Source: an uncultured Gammaproteobacteria bacterium (GTDB lineage: Bacteria > Patescibacteriota > Patescibacteriia > S139-126). From it: a stretch of 64,000 nt of DNA. A program made the position numbers and the translations under genes. How positions within the stretch are numbered: position 1 is the stretch's first letter; every line of letters begins with the position of its first letter. Below the pieces are notes generated by a model, which was not told the DNA's origin, did not search any database, and saw only the letters and a program-made list of their open reading frames with translations. Of this stretch, positions 47,553 to 57,230 are shown one piece after another. The stretch spans positions 222,524 through 286,523 of the forward strand of contig CAZUKA010000001.1 in assembly GCA_964620905.1 (NCBI GenBank), in the 5' to 3' direction.

Positions 47553-47732
47553 AAAATATAACAAAAAAACTGCGTAAAACGCAGACTATTTGTTGGTATT
47601 CGACCAAAAATCCAATAATTGGACTTTCTACCTCGATAGGCGATCATGTTCATTAACCCTAGTTTTTGGGACCTATTGTCTGCGGTGTATATAAATATTA
47701 TAGTAAAATATTAATTCGGTCAAGGATAAAAT

Positions 47733-47758
47733 AAAAACCCCGAAAATCGGGGTTATTT
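47733..47758 (-). terminator. Rho-independent terminator downstream of the 47892..48104 ORF and upstream of the rplJ leader
   Basis: aaaaccccg-aaaat-cggggtt with T-runs on both strands. Confidence 0.5.
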
Positions 47759-47891
47759 TACAAAATAGGGTTTTTTTTCACTTTTTTTGTTATAATAACT
47801 TTTTTGGAAAATAAATTTTCCTTAAATTGTTTTTCAATGTAATTGGCCAAAAAATTATTATTGGCTTTTTGTCTTTTTTTGGTTTTTCTAT

Positions 47892-48104
47892 TCATAATGC
47901 ACCAGCTTCAATACCGGCAGTAAATTCTTCTCTACTTAAAAAAGACGTAAAAGGAAAATTCATTTCCGTAAAACCATGGTATTCCAAGAATTTTTGATAT
48001 TCTTTTTTTAAATGGTCTTGTGTTAATAACAAGAATTTTTTAGTTGGTTGGTCAGTTAATACAGCTTGTGGTACTGTGGCCTTCTCTAAATTATCTGAAT
48101 GCAT
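47892..48104 (-). CDS. Hypothetical small protein (70 aa)
   Basis: ORF with no recognisable motif. Followed by a terminator, preceded by the terminator at 48162-48179. Could be non-coding. Confidence 0.25.
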   Translation of the reverse strand: MHSDNLEKATVPQAVLTDQPTKKFLLLTQDHLKKEYQKFLEYHGFTEMNFPFTSFLSREEFTAGIEAGAL

Positions 48105-48161
48105 AGGAACCTCCTATAAATTGTTGAATAAATGATTTGTTAAAGGACTAAAATAAAAAAA

Positions 48162-48179
48162 CTGGCTTTTTGTAGCCAG
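48162..48179 (-). terminator. Rho-independent terminator
   Basis: ctggc-tttttgt-agccag, followed on the minus strand by TTTTTTTATTT. Confidence 0.45.
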
Positions 48180-48344
48180 CTAATAAATATGCAAAAGATG
48201 CTGACTACACCGCCAGAATAATGATAATAATAACAAACAAAGAAGTTATAATCTCTGAAAACATTTTAATTTTTGACCGGTTGGTAGTCATATCAAGATT
48301 TTAACAAATTAATAGACTAAAACAAGATCATACTTGTGGATAAA

Positions 48345-49352
48345 TCAGCGCAAATATTGACGATTGATTGTATGTTCAGTAAAGGTCTTGGCATAATAAG
48401 TTGTGCCATCAGGTGAAGTCAAAAAGAACAAAAAGTCATTTTTTTCTGGATAAACTGCGGCTCTGATAGCTTTTAAACCGGGATTGGAAATTGGTGTAGG
48501 CGGTAAGCCATAATATTTATAAGAATTATAAGGGCTATCAATCGCTAATTCTGCCGCTGATAGACTAGAATTTTTACCTCCAGTTGCATAATTCAAAGTA
48601 CTATCAGCTTGTAAAAGCATACCTTGCTGTAAACGACGTAAGAAAATATCAGCTACTAAACTCATATCTTTTTCCGTTTTTACTTCTTTTTCTAACATTG
48701 ATGCTAATTTAATAACGTCATAAATGCTGCGGTTCTGGGAGACCACTGCCTGTTGTAATTCTTCGCTGAATTTTTGTGAAAAATTAAACAATAACTTATC
48801 AACTATTTGATTTGGGGTGACTTGCGGCAAGAAATGATAAGTATCCGGAAATAAATAACCTTCCAAGGTATTGTCAGGATCTAAATCTTTTAAAAAGTCA
48901 TATTGCTGCTGCCACTGACTAACTTTAATAACATCCAAAAAATCTTGTTCATCAGTTATTACATTTAAATCCAATAGATAAGCGGCCATATCACTACTAG
49001 TCCAGCCCTCAATAAATCGGATAGTCAACTGACTATCAGCTTGAAAAGAGGTTAAAATACCAACCAGATCAATATTATTTTTATTGGCAGGTATAACAAA
49101 ACTGCCAGCAATAAATTTTTTTTCCAAATCTTTATACCAAATATAAGTTTCAAATACAAAACGACTGCGGATAAGATTTTGCTGATATAAACGCTGACTG
49201 ATTTGATGTACCCCATCCCCGGGTTGGACAATAAAAGATTGAGCGGTATTATTGGCCAAGGGCATTTTCAAACAATAAAAAAAAATCGCTATGGCTATCA
49301 CTGGAATTAAAAATAAAACTAAAACAAAATAATATATAAATTTTATATTCAT
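48345..49352 (-). CDS. mltG: Endolytic murein transglycosylase MltG (YceG-like)
   Basis: N-terminal TM anchor, YceG-like domain with LQADSTLNYATGG ... YNSYKYYGLPPTPISNPG. Confidence 0.75.
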   Translation of the reverse strand: MNIKFIYYFVLVLFLIPVIAIAIFFYCLKMPLANNTAQSFIVQPGDGVHQISQRLYQQNLIRSRFVFETYIWYKDLEKKFIAGSFVIPANKNNIDLVGILTSFQADSQLTIRFIEGWTSSDMAAYLLDLNVITDEQDFLDVIKVSQWQQQYDFLKDLDPDNTLEGYLFPDTYHFLPQVTPNQIVDKLLFNFSQKFSEELQQAVVSQNRSIYDVIKLASMLEKEVKTEKDMSLVADIFLRRLQQGMLLQADSTLNYATGGKNSSLSAAELAIDSPYNSYKYYGLPPTPISNPGLKAIRAAVYPEKNDFLFFLTSPDGTTYYAKTFTEHTINRQYLR

Positions 49353-49354
49353 AG

Positions 49355-50416
49355 CTATAAATACTCGTTTAATTTTTTTTGTTTTAACATATTGACAATT
49401 TCTCGTACTGATTGTGTTTTATTTATATCAGCTACCAGAATTGATCGATCAGTAGTCACAATCACGCAATTTTTTAAACCAATGGTTGTCACCAACTTTC
49501 CTGGTGAGGCAAAAACCACATTCTGCTGACTGGCAACGGACAAATAATTACCCGCAACCCAATTATTTCCTTGTTTATTAAAAAGCTGACTAATCGACTG
49601 CCAACTGCCGATATCACTCCAACCAAAACTGGCTGGCATAACCAATAAATCTTGGTGGGCTTTTTCTAATATCCCATAATCTATGGAAATGCTTTCTAAC
49701 TTTTGGAATATTTTTTTGACTGATGTTTGATCTAATCTTTTCTCAACAATTTTTTGCAAGGTGAAATAATGAATCGGTAAATATTTCCTGTAAAGTTCCA
49801 ACATCTTTTGAATAGAAAAAACAAAAATTGCTGGATTCCATAAATATTTTTTATTACGATGATAAACTCGGGCTTTTTTAATATTTGGTTTCTCCACAAA
49901 ACAGTCCACTTGATAAATATTAGATTTTGCCATGGTTAATACTTTGCGACCCAACTTTATATAGCCGTAACCAGTTTCTGGATATTCAGTCGGCACTCCG
50001 ATTAATAAAATTTTGTCTGGTTGTCTAGTAACTATTCTTTCGGCTAACTTTAAAATACGACCATACTCGCGAGAATCTTTAATAAAATGATCAGAGTTGA
50101 TTGTGGCAACTATGCTTTTTTTATCAGTCAAAAAAATATTATGCAAAGCTAAGCCAATTGCAGCTGCTGTATTGCGAGCCAGCGGCTCAAGAGAATAATT
50201 TTTTATTTCCGGTACATCGCGACGACAAAGGGATTGATGTTGAGTAGCGGTTGCCATCCAAATATCTTTATTCTTAAAAATGCCATCTAACCTTTCGTAA
50301 GTATGACGCAACAATGACTTTTGTTGATAAATTTTTACAAACTGTTTTGGTACCTGGGCACGCGACAACGGCCATAATCTAGTGCCACTACCACCGGCCA
50401 AAATAAGTGCTTTCAT
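49355..50416 (-). CDS. Mannose-1-phosphate guanylyltransferase (GDP-mannose pyrophosphorylase)
   Basis: Nucleotidyltransferase N-terminus MKALILAGGSGTRLWPLSRAQVPKQF, followed by the left-handed beta-helix region typical of ManC/GMP enzymes. Confidence 0.7.
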   Translation of the reverse strand: MKALILAGGSGTRLWPLSRAQVPKQFVKIYQQKSLLRHTYERLDGIFKNKDIWMATATQHQSLCRRDVPEIKNYSLEPLARNTAAAIGLALHNIFLTDKKSIVATINSDHFIKDSREYGRILKLAERIVTRQPDKILLIGVPTEYPETGYGYIKLGRKVLTMAKSNIYQVDCFVEKPNIKKARVYHRNKKYLWNPAIFVFSIQKMLELYRKYLPIHYFTLQKIVEKRLDQTSVKKIFQKLESISIDYGILEKAHQDLLVMPASFGWSDIGSWQSISQLFNKQGNNWVAGNYLSVASQQNVVFASPGKLVTTIGLKNCVIVTTDRSILVADINKTQSVREIVNMLKQKKLNEYL

Positions 50417-50425
50417 AAAAATGAT

Positions 50426-51055
50426 TTAGTTATCTATCAAGGGCACAAAAATAAAACCTGGAAATTCCTGATATTTAAAATTTTTTTCGCTTTCCCTTTT
50501 GATCAAAAAAATACTTTGCCGATCTTCACCAATTGGCATAACCAAACGACCGCCAACTTTTAACTGACTAAGAATTTTTTTTGGTAAACTCGGAGCGGCT
50601 GCCGCAGCTATAATAGCATCATAAGGTTCAAATGGCGAATAACCATTATAACCATTTGCCCTAATTAATTCCACATTGTCCAAATTATATTTATCCAAAT
50701 TTTGTCGACAAAAATCGACAAGTTCAGGAACTCTTTCCACTGCGATGATTTGTCCATTTTGCCCAACTAACTTTGCCAGTAAGGCAGTTTGCCAACCTGA
50801 TCCAGCTCCGATATCCAATATTTTTTCTCCAACTTTAGGTTGTAATAATTCAAGCATAAAAGCTACCGTGGCTGGCTGAGAAATAGTCTGTCCATAACCA
50901 ATAAGTAAAGGAAAATTGTAATGTGCTTCGTCTTCCAAACCGCGCATAACAAAATCTTTTCTTTTAATGTGTCGAAAAGACGCAATAATTTCTGGCGTTT
51001 TCAAAAAGTCTTCTTTTACCAACTGATCAATTAATGATTGATAGGTATGACTCAT
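50426..51055 (-). CDS. pcm: Protein-L-isoaspartate O-methyltransferase
   Basis: SAM motif I ILDIGAGSGWQTALLAKL, PIMT-type pre-motif (GYGQTISQP) and length ~210 aa. Confidence 0.75.
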   Translation of the reverse strand: MSHTYQSLIDQLVKEDFLKTPEIIASFRHIKRKDFVMRGLEDEAHYNFPLLIGYGQTISQPATVAFMLELLQPKVGEKILDIGAGSGWQTALLAKLVGQNGQIIAVERVPELVDFCRQNLDKYNLDNVELIRANGYNGYSPFEPYDAIIAAAAAPSLPKKILSQLKVGGRLVMPIGEDRQSIFLIKRESEKNFKYQEFPGFIFVPLIDN

Positions 51056-51168
51056 AGTTTTATTTTAGCAAATTTAACAACTTTTCAAAACTGCCGTCTT
51101 GATTTTTTCATATAAATATGCTATAATGTATATAGTGGTAAAAATAACCACTTAAAATAAAAACAAAA

Positions 51169-51774
51169 ATGACAGATTTAAAACAAAATATTTCTACATT
51201 TTGGGGTGAAAAAATCACTCTGCAAACAAAAAAATATCTAGTGACTTATTTAGTCGCCAATATATTTTTAGTATTACTATTACAAGTATTCTTCATGGGA
51301 ATGCTTTTTTTTATTCCTGCCAGTGCCCAAATATCTCCTCTATCTCCACTACCCGAATCTGAAAGCCAATTTGTAAATCCAGATAAAATATTAAATTTGG
51401 TAAATAATGTCAGAACCAAATATAATTTACCAATACTTAAAATAAATAATGATTTACAAACAGCTGCCAACTCTAAAGCCAATTATCTAATGACGGAACA
51501 AATTTTTTCCCACTCAGGATTAGTAGGTGAGCCATTTTCCAGTTGGGTAAAATATACGGGTTATGACTATTTACGTGTGGGGGAAAATTTGGCCATATTT
51601 TTTACCAAGGAAGAAAAAATTGTAGCTGCTTGGTTAGCTTCAGAAACACATCGTCAAAATATTTTAAACCCCTATTATACCGAAACTGGCCTTGCTTCGA
51701 TAGCAGGAATATATCATAATCAAGATGCACAAATTGTGGTACAAATTTTTGGCCAACCAAAATATCAAGATTAA
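51169..51774 (+). CDS. CAP (SCP/PR-1-like) domain protein with N-terminal TM
   Basis: CAP signatures NxxR ... (VNNVRTKYNLPIL), HSGLVGE, and YTETGLAS (CAP3/4-like). Confidence 0.55.
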   Translation: MTDLKQNISTFWGEKITLQTKKYLVTYLVANIFLVLLLQVFFMGMLFFIPASAQISPLSPLPESESQFVNPDKILNLVNNVRTKYNLPILKINNDLQTAANSKANYLMTEQIFSHSGLVGEPFSSWVKYTGYDYLRVGENLAIFFTKEEKIVAAWLASETHRQNILNPYYTETGLASIAGIYHNQDAQIVVQIFGQPKYQD

Positions 51775-51783
51775 AACAAAATC

Positions 51784-52212
51784 ATGTCATATAAAATTTT
51801 TATAATCCCTCTCTTGGTTGTTGTTATCGTACAGTTAATCAAAACTTTTTACGATTTAAAAAAGAAAGAATTAAGTTGGAATGTTTTTCTTAATTACGGC
51901 GGTATGCCTTCCGGACACACTGCCCTGGTAGTTTCCACTGCCACCACCATCGGCTTGTTTGATGGGTTCAATTCCCCTATTTTTTTACTTAGTTTAATTT
52001 TGGCAATCCTTACAGTAAGAGATGCGCTAGGATTTAGAATGCAACTATCAGAACATGGAAAAATTATCAATAAGTTAATCAAAGAACTGCCTGACCAAAA
52101 AGAATATGACTATCCCTACTCGCCAGAAAGACTTGGACATACTTTTAATCAAGTTATGGTCGGAGGAATTTTGGGTCTAGTTATAACTTTCATTTTATAT
52201 TATCTAATCTAA
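51784..52212 (+). CDS. Divergent PAP2 / acid-phosphatase-vanadium-haloperoxidase-related membrane protein (DUF212-like)
   Basis: GGMPSGHTALVVSTATTIG motif and four TM helices in a 142-aa protein. Confidence 0.6.
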   Translation: MSYKIFIIPLLVVVIVQLIKTFYDLKKKELSWNVFLNYGGMPSGHTALVVSTATTIGLFDGFNSPIFLLSLILAILTVRDALGFRMQLSEHGKIINKLIKELPDQKEYDYPYSPERLGHTFNQVMVGGILGLVITFILYYLI

Positions 52213-52246
52213 AAATTATTTAAAAAATACCCTGGCAGGATATTTT

Positions 52247-53818
52247 TTAAATTAGAGACTTTCCGGTCATGTCCGAAGGTATGGGTAAATTTAATAAAGT
52301 AAGTATAGTTGGCGCGACATCAGCTAGTACTCCTACTGGGGTGCTCAAATGCAATTCATTTTTGTTGTTTAGTCTACCCTGACCTAACCAGGGTTTACCC
52401 AACAAAATAAATGGAACTGGTGAGGAAGAATGTTCTTTATCTATTTCCCCACTCCTTAATTTTATTAACTCCTCAGCATTGCCATGATCAGCAGTTATCA
52501 GAAGTGCTCCCGCACGAGTTAATACCGCTTCAGAAATTTTACCCAGACATTCATCTACTACCTCAATAGCTGTGATAGTGGCTTTTAAATTGCCAGAGTG
52601 AGCTACCATGTCGGGTGGGGCAAAATTTACTAAAATAAACATATAACCACCTTGATTAATGGCCTCAATCACTTTTTTTGTTACTTCATAAGCTGACATC
52701 TCGGGTTTTTTATCATAACTGGAAATTTTTGGCGAAGGAACCATAATATGTTCTTCGCCATCAAAAGGTTTTTCTATACCACCATTAAAAAAAAATGTAA
52801 CATGAGCATATTTTTCTGTTTCAGCAATATGAATTTGTCGACCGCCATTTTCGGAAATAACTTTTGCCAAGGGCATCGAAACTACTTCTGGAGGAAAAGC
52901 AATCGCAACTGGTAAATCTTTTTCATACTCGGTCATAGTAGTAAAAAATATATTTTGACACACTTTAGACCTAGTAAATCCAGTAAAATCAGTTTGGACA
53001 AAAGCTTTGGTCATTTCTCGAGCCCGATCGCTACGAAAATTAAAATAAATTATCGCATCGTTATTAGAAATCAAAACTGGTTGATTTTTTTGATCTAATA
53101 TAACAGTCGGTTCAAATTCTTCATCAAAAACGCCTCGCTGATATGATTCCTCTACTGCCCGTAGCGGATCAGAAGAACTATATTTTGCCTCGCCCAGCAC
53201 CATTGCCCGATAAGTAAGTTCAATCCGCTCCCAACGATTATCGCGATCCATAGCATAAAACCTTCCCGAAATTGTAGCGATTCTGCCTAAATTAATATTT
53301 TGCAATACTTTTTGCAACGCTGAAATATAAGATAAACCACTATTTTTTGCTGTATCTCGACCATCAAGAAAAGCATGTACATAAACCTGTTTGACCTTAT
53401 ATAATTTAGCCGTTTCCAATAAAGCAAATAGATGTTCAATATAACTATGAACTCCGCCATCAGATACTAAGCCCATGATATGCAAATTTGAATCATGCTT
53501 TTTGGTATGGTTAAAAGCATCTAAGAATGCTTGATTTTTTATAAAACTACCATCCGAAATTGATCTGGTGATGCGAGGTAAATTTTGATATAAAATCTTT
53601 CCCGAACCCAATGATAGATGTCCTACTTCCGAGTTACCCATTTCACCCCAAGGTAAACCAACCGATTCGCCTGAAGCTTGTAAATTAAAAGTGGGATAAT
53701 TTACCAAAAAATTATCATAGTTTGGAGTTTTGGCTAGTGAAATAGCATTACCAATTGACGGCGGAGCAACTCCCCAACCATCCAAAACAACTAAAACTAC
53801 GGGACTAATTTTATTCAT
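52247..53818 (-). CDS. gpmI: 2,3-bisphosphoglycerate-independent phosphoglycerate mutase
   Basis: VVLVVLDGWGVAPPS ... catalytic Ser in MGNSEVGHLSLG ... ITADHGNAE. Full-length iPGM. Confidence 0.8.
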   Translation of the reverse strand: MNKISPVVLVVLDGWGVAPPSIGNAISLAKTPNYDNFLVNYPTFNLQASGESVGLPWGEMGNSEVGHLSLGSGKILYQNLPRITRSISDGSFIKNQAFLDAFNHTKKHDSNLHIMGLVSDGGVHSYIEHLFALLETAKLYKVKQVYVHAFLDGRDTAKNSGLSYISALQKVLQNINLGRIATISGRFYAMDRDNRWERIELTYRAMVLGEAKYSSSDPLRAVEESYQRGVFDEEFEPTVILDQKNQPVLISNNDAIIYFNFRSDRAREMTKAFVQTDFTGFTRSKVCQNIFFTTMTEYEKDLPVAIAFPPEVVSMPLAKVISENGGRQIHIAETEKYAHVTFFFNGGIEKPFDGEEHIMVPSPKISSYDKKPEMSAYEVTKKVIEAINQGGYMFILVNFAPPDMVAHSGNLKATITAIEVVDECLGKISEAVLTRAGALLITADHGNAEELIKLRSGEIDKEHSSSPVPFILLGKPWLGQGRLNNKNELHLSTPVGVLADVAPTILTLLNLPIPSDMTGKSLI

Positions 53819-55403
53819 GGTTATTGATATTTAATAAATTTCGACCAGTCATTTCTCTGGTTTTTGGAACATTCATAACCGATAAAATAGTCGGGGCAAC
53901 ATCAGCTAAACGACCGGTGGGTAATTTATGTATCTGAGATAATACTTGTTCTGAAATAATATAAAAAGGTACTGGGTTGCTTGAGTGTTCCGTATCAATT
54001 TCTCCTGTTTCAACATTTATTATTTCTTCCACATTACCATGATCAGCTGTAATGAATACAGTACCATTTTTAGCTAAAACTTCTTTGACAATTAAACCGA
54101 TATTCTTATCAACACATTCAATTGCTTTGACCGCTGCTCCCAAATTACCGGTATGGCCAATCATATCAGGGTTGGCAAAATTTATTCCGTAAAAATCATA
54201 TTTATCGTTTTTTATATTTTCTAAAACAATTGTTGTGATTTCATCGGCTGACATTTCGGGTACCTGATCATAACGATCGACGTTTGGTGAAGGAACAAAA
54301 ACACGATCCTCACCACCCACTGGATGATCGTGACCACCATTAAAAAAATAAGTGATATGAGCATACTTCTCTCCCTCGGCAATATAAAGCTGTTTTAGCT
54401 GCCGCAGAGCAAAAGGTAAAGAGCCATCAATATTTGCTGAGGGATAAGCTGTTAGAACATGGTCAAGATCTGGACCAAAATCGGTCATTGCCACAAAAAC
54501 AATATTTTTCAAAAATTTTTTTCTCAAAAAAGATCCAGGATTTTTTTTCTCAAAATCTTTTTGTACAAAAGGCTTAGTAAGTTGTCGGGCTCGGTCAGAA
54601 CGTAAATTATAAAAAATAACCGCATCATTATCTTTAATACGTCCATAAAACGGATCGTTGTTTAAACTAATAATTGTTGGGCTAATAAATTCATCCGTCT
54701 CACCGTTGGAATAAGCCTCCTTAATTGCTTTTTCAGGTTTAATAACCATTTTACCTTTACCTAAAACCAAACTGTCATAAGCAGTCATGGTTTTGTCCCA
54801 ATTTTTTTTCCGGTCCAAATAAACTCTGCCCATGATAGTAACGATTCTTTGATTGGGTTGAAGTGATTCTTCCAAATTGCGTAAAAAACCAAGACCAGCA
54901 TGTTTAGGTGTGTCACGTCCATCAGTAAATAAATGTAAATATACTTCTTGTCTTAAATTTTGCCGACGAATTATTTCCAATAAAGCCTGCAAGTGTGTGG
55001 GATTTACATGACCGGAATTTCTATCTGACAACAGACCTAATAAATGCAAATTACCACCGGTTTTTTGTACATGCGAAATAGCTGCAATAAAAGCTGAATT
55101 TTTAAAAAAAGTACCATCGTGGATGCTGTGATTAATTATTGAAACATCCTGACCAACCACCCGACCGGCACCTATATTCATGTGTCCGGCCTCACTATTT
55201 CCATCTTGATTGGGCATCAATCCCACATCTTCACCAGCAGCCGAAAGTGAAGTATAATAATACTTTTCGCGTAAACTACTCAAAATGGGAGTAGCGGCCA
55301 TTTCGACTGGATTATCAGGTTGATCATTGGCGATACCTAAACCATCTATCACAATCAAAACATAAGGTGTTTTTGTTTTTTTACCGTTAGCTAACTGATT
55401 CAT
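53811..55403 (-). CDS. iPGM-family phosphoglycerate mutase paralogue
   Basis: YVLIVIDGLGIANDQ ... DGNSEAGHMNIGAG ... ITADHGNVE. Same domain layout as the downstream gpmI but highly diverged. 8-bp overlap. Confidence 0.7.
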   Translation of the reverse strand: MNQLANGKKTKTPYVLIVIDGLGIANDQPDNPVEMAATPILSSLREKYYYTSLSAAGEDVGLMPNQDGNSEAGHMNIGAGRVVGQDVSIINHSIHDGTFFKNSAFIAAISHVQKTGGNLHLLGLLSDRNSGHVNPTHLQALLEIIRRQNLRQEVYLHLFTDGRDTPKHAGLGFLRNLEESLQPNQRIVTIMGRVYLDRKKNWDKTMTAYDSLVLGKGKMVIKPEKAIKEAYSNGETDEFISPTIISLNNDPFYGRIKDNDAVIFYNLRSDRARQLTKPFVQKDFEKKNPGSFLRKKFLKNIVFVAMTDFGPDLDHVLTAYPSANIDGSLPFALRQLKQLYIAEGEKYAHITYFFNGGHDHPVGGEDRVFVPSPNVDRYDQVPEMSADEITTIVLENIKNDKYDFYGINFANPDMIGHTGNLGAAVKAIECVDKNIGLIVKEVLAKNGTVFITADHGNVEEIINVETGEIDTEHSSNPVPFYIISEQVLSQIHKLPTGRLADVAPTILSVMNVPKTREMTGRNLLNINNHE

Positions 55404-55485
55404 AATATTTGAAAAAGGAGCCTAATTTTACTCCTTGGAATTATTAAATATATTTTAACACATTTTAACAGTATGGTAATAAACC

Positions 55486-56724
55486 TCATTTTACTTGTTC
55501 TATTTTCAGTAAACGATTATATTTTGCCAATCTTTCAAAACGAGCCGGGGCACCACTTTTTATATATTCAGCTCCGACCGCTACTGCCAAATCAGCTATA
55601 AAATCATCAGCGGTTTCACCGCTCCGGTGAGAGACAACTATTTGGTATTTATTCTTTTGTGCAGTAATAATAGTTTGCATCGTTTCTGATACCGTGCCAA
55701 TTTGATTTGGTTTAATCAAAATAGTATTGGCAACTCCCAGTTCAATACCACGTTGTAATCGCTCTTGATTGGTGACAAAAAGATCATCTCCAACCAACAA
55801 AAGTCTTTGACCTAATCGTTTAGTCAAAATTTGCCAATTGGACCAATCATCTTCAGCTAATCCATCTTCCACCAAAAGCAATTGATATTTTTTTATCCAG
55901 CTTTGATAAAGCTTTATTAATTTTTCAGCATCTATATTTTTACCTTCAAATTCATATTTTTCACCATTGAAAAATTCCGAAGCGGCAACATCTATAGCTA
56001 ATTTTACTTCGTGACCAAAATCATAACCCGCCCGCTTAATTGCTTCAACCAACAACTGCAAAGCGACTTCACTGTTTTTCAATTTTGGGGCAAAACCACC
56101 TTCATCCCCCAAACCAGTTGAAAGATTTTTCTGACGTAATATTTTTTTTAACTCATGATAAATCTCCGAACCAGCCTGTAAACGTTTAGTAAAAGTTGAT
56201 AACTGGGGTACAATCATAAACTCCTGGATAGCTAGACCATTATCAGCGTGCCGCCCACCGTTTAAAACATTGAACATTGGATAGGGTAAGCGTGTTGATT
56301 TTTTAAAACCGTAAATCCGACGTAAGTATTCATACAAAGGTAATTTAAAATAAAAAGCACAAGCTCTGATATAAGCCAACGACACTGCTAAAATAGCATT
56401 GGCTCCGAGGAATTTTTTTGCTATGGTACCATCCAAAGCACAAAGATTATAGTCCAGATCAATAGGATCAGAAAAAGCTTTATTAATTAATTCCGATGCA
56501 ATAATCTTGTCAATATTAGCAACTGCTCTTTTTACACCTAAACCCTGATATCTTTTTCCGCCATCGCGTAACTCATGAGCTTCATGACGACCGGTAGAAG
56601 CACCGGATGGCACCAAGGCGGTTGCTTTAATACCAGAATTTAGTTCGATCAAAGCAGCCACAGTGGGATTGCCCCGTGAATCAAGTATCTCCAGTCCGCG
56701 TAATTTTTTTATTTTTGGTGTCAT
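55486..56724 (-). CDS. eno: Enolase
   Basis: ILDSRGNPTVAALIEL N-terminus, metal and substrate motifs (SHRSGETAD, IKPNQIGTVSE). Confidence 0.9.
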   Translation of the reverse strand: MTPKIKKLRGLEILDSRGNPTVAALIELNSGIKATALVPSGASTGRHEAHELRDGGKRYQGLGVKRAVANIDKIIASELINKAFSDPIDLDYNLCALDGTIAKKFLGANAILAVSLAYIRACAFYFKLPLYEYLRRIYGFKKSTRLPYPMFNVLNGGRHADNGLAIQEFMIVPQLSTFTKRLQAGSEIYHELKKILRQKNLSTGLGDEGGFAPKLKNSEVALQLLVEAIKRAGYDFGHEVKLAIDVAASEFFNGEKYEFEGKNIDAEKLIKLYQSWIKKYQLLLVEDGLAEDDWSNWQILTKRLGQRLLLVGDDLFVTNQERLQRGIELGVANTILIKPNQIGTVSETMQTIITAQKNKYQIVVSHRSGETADDFIADLAVAVGAEYIKSGAPARFERLAKYNRLLKIEQVK

Positions 56725-57230
56725 CTTAATACTTTTATAATATCATCGGTATTATATTGATTTGGGCCTACACCGTCAGGGCCAAATGATCCAATCACCG
56801 CCACTACTTGGCAACTGCTACCGCCAGCACAAGGTTCATCATCTTCATTAATATAATAATCAGTATCAAAAAAATAATCATTTCCCCAGGCATCTGTTGG
56901 TATGCTGACTAAATATGGTCCTTGCCAGCCAAAATAATTGCCATCGGTGGCAACCAAACCAGCAGCTGGGGTAGATAAATCCCAAATTTCATTACCATTG
57001 CCTTGATTTATCTCTTCAGCGGTCTGATGCCCTGGCCATTCTCCAGTATCAATCATCAACTGACTAAAGGTTTTATATAAAGTATCAATTTCACTTTGCG
57101 CTTTGGCAATTTTAGCTTTTTCTCTGGCTGATTTAACTGACGCCACGGTGATGGTTGCTAAAGTACCAATAATAGCAATGACGACTAAAACTTCTATTAG
57201 AGTAAAGCCTTTTTTATTTATTTTTCTCAT
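56721..57230 (-). CDS. Type IV pilin / pseudopilin (prepilin-type N-terminal cleavage-methylation domain)
   Basis: KKGFTLIEVLVVIAIIGTLATI class-III signal peptide (G^FTLIE). 169 aa. Start and stop each overlap pgk and eno by 4 bp. Confidence 0.75.
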   Translation of the reverse strand: MRKINKKGFTLIEVLVVIAIIGTLATITVASVKSAREKAKIAKAQSEIDTLYKTFSQLMIDTGEWPGHQTAEEINQGNGNEIWDLSTPAAGLVATDGNYFGWQGPYLVSIPTDAWGNDYFFDTDYYINEDDEPCAGGSSCQVVAVIGSFGPDGVGPNQYNTDDIIKVLR

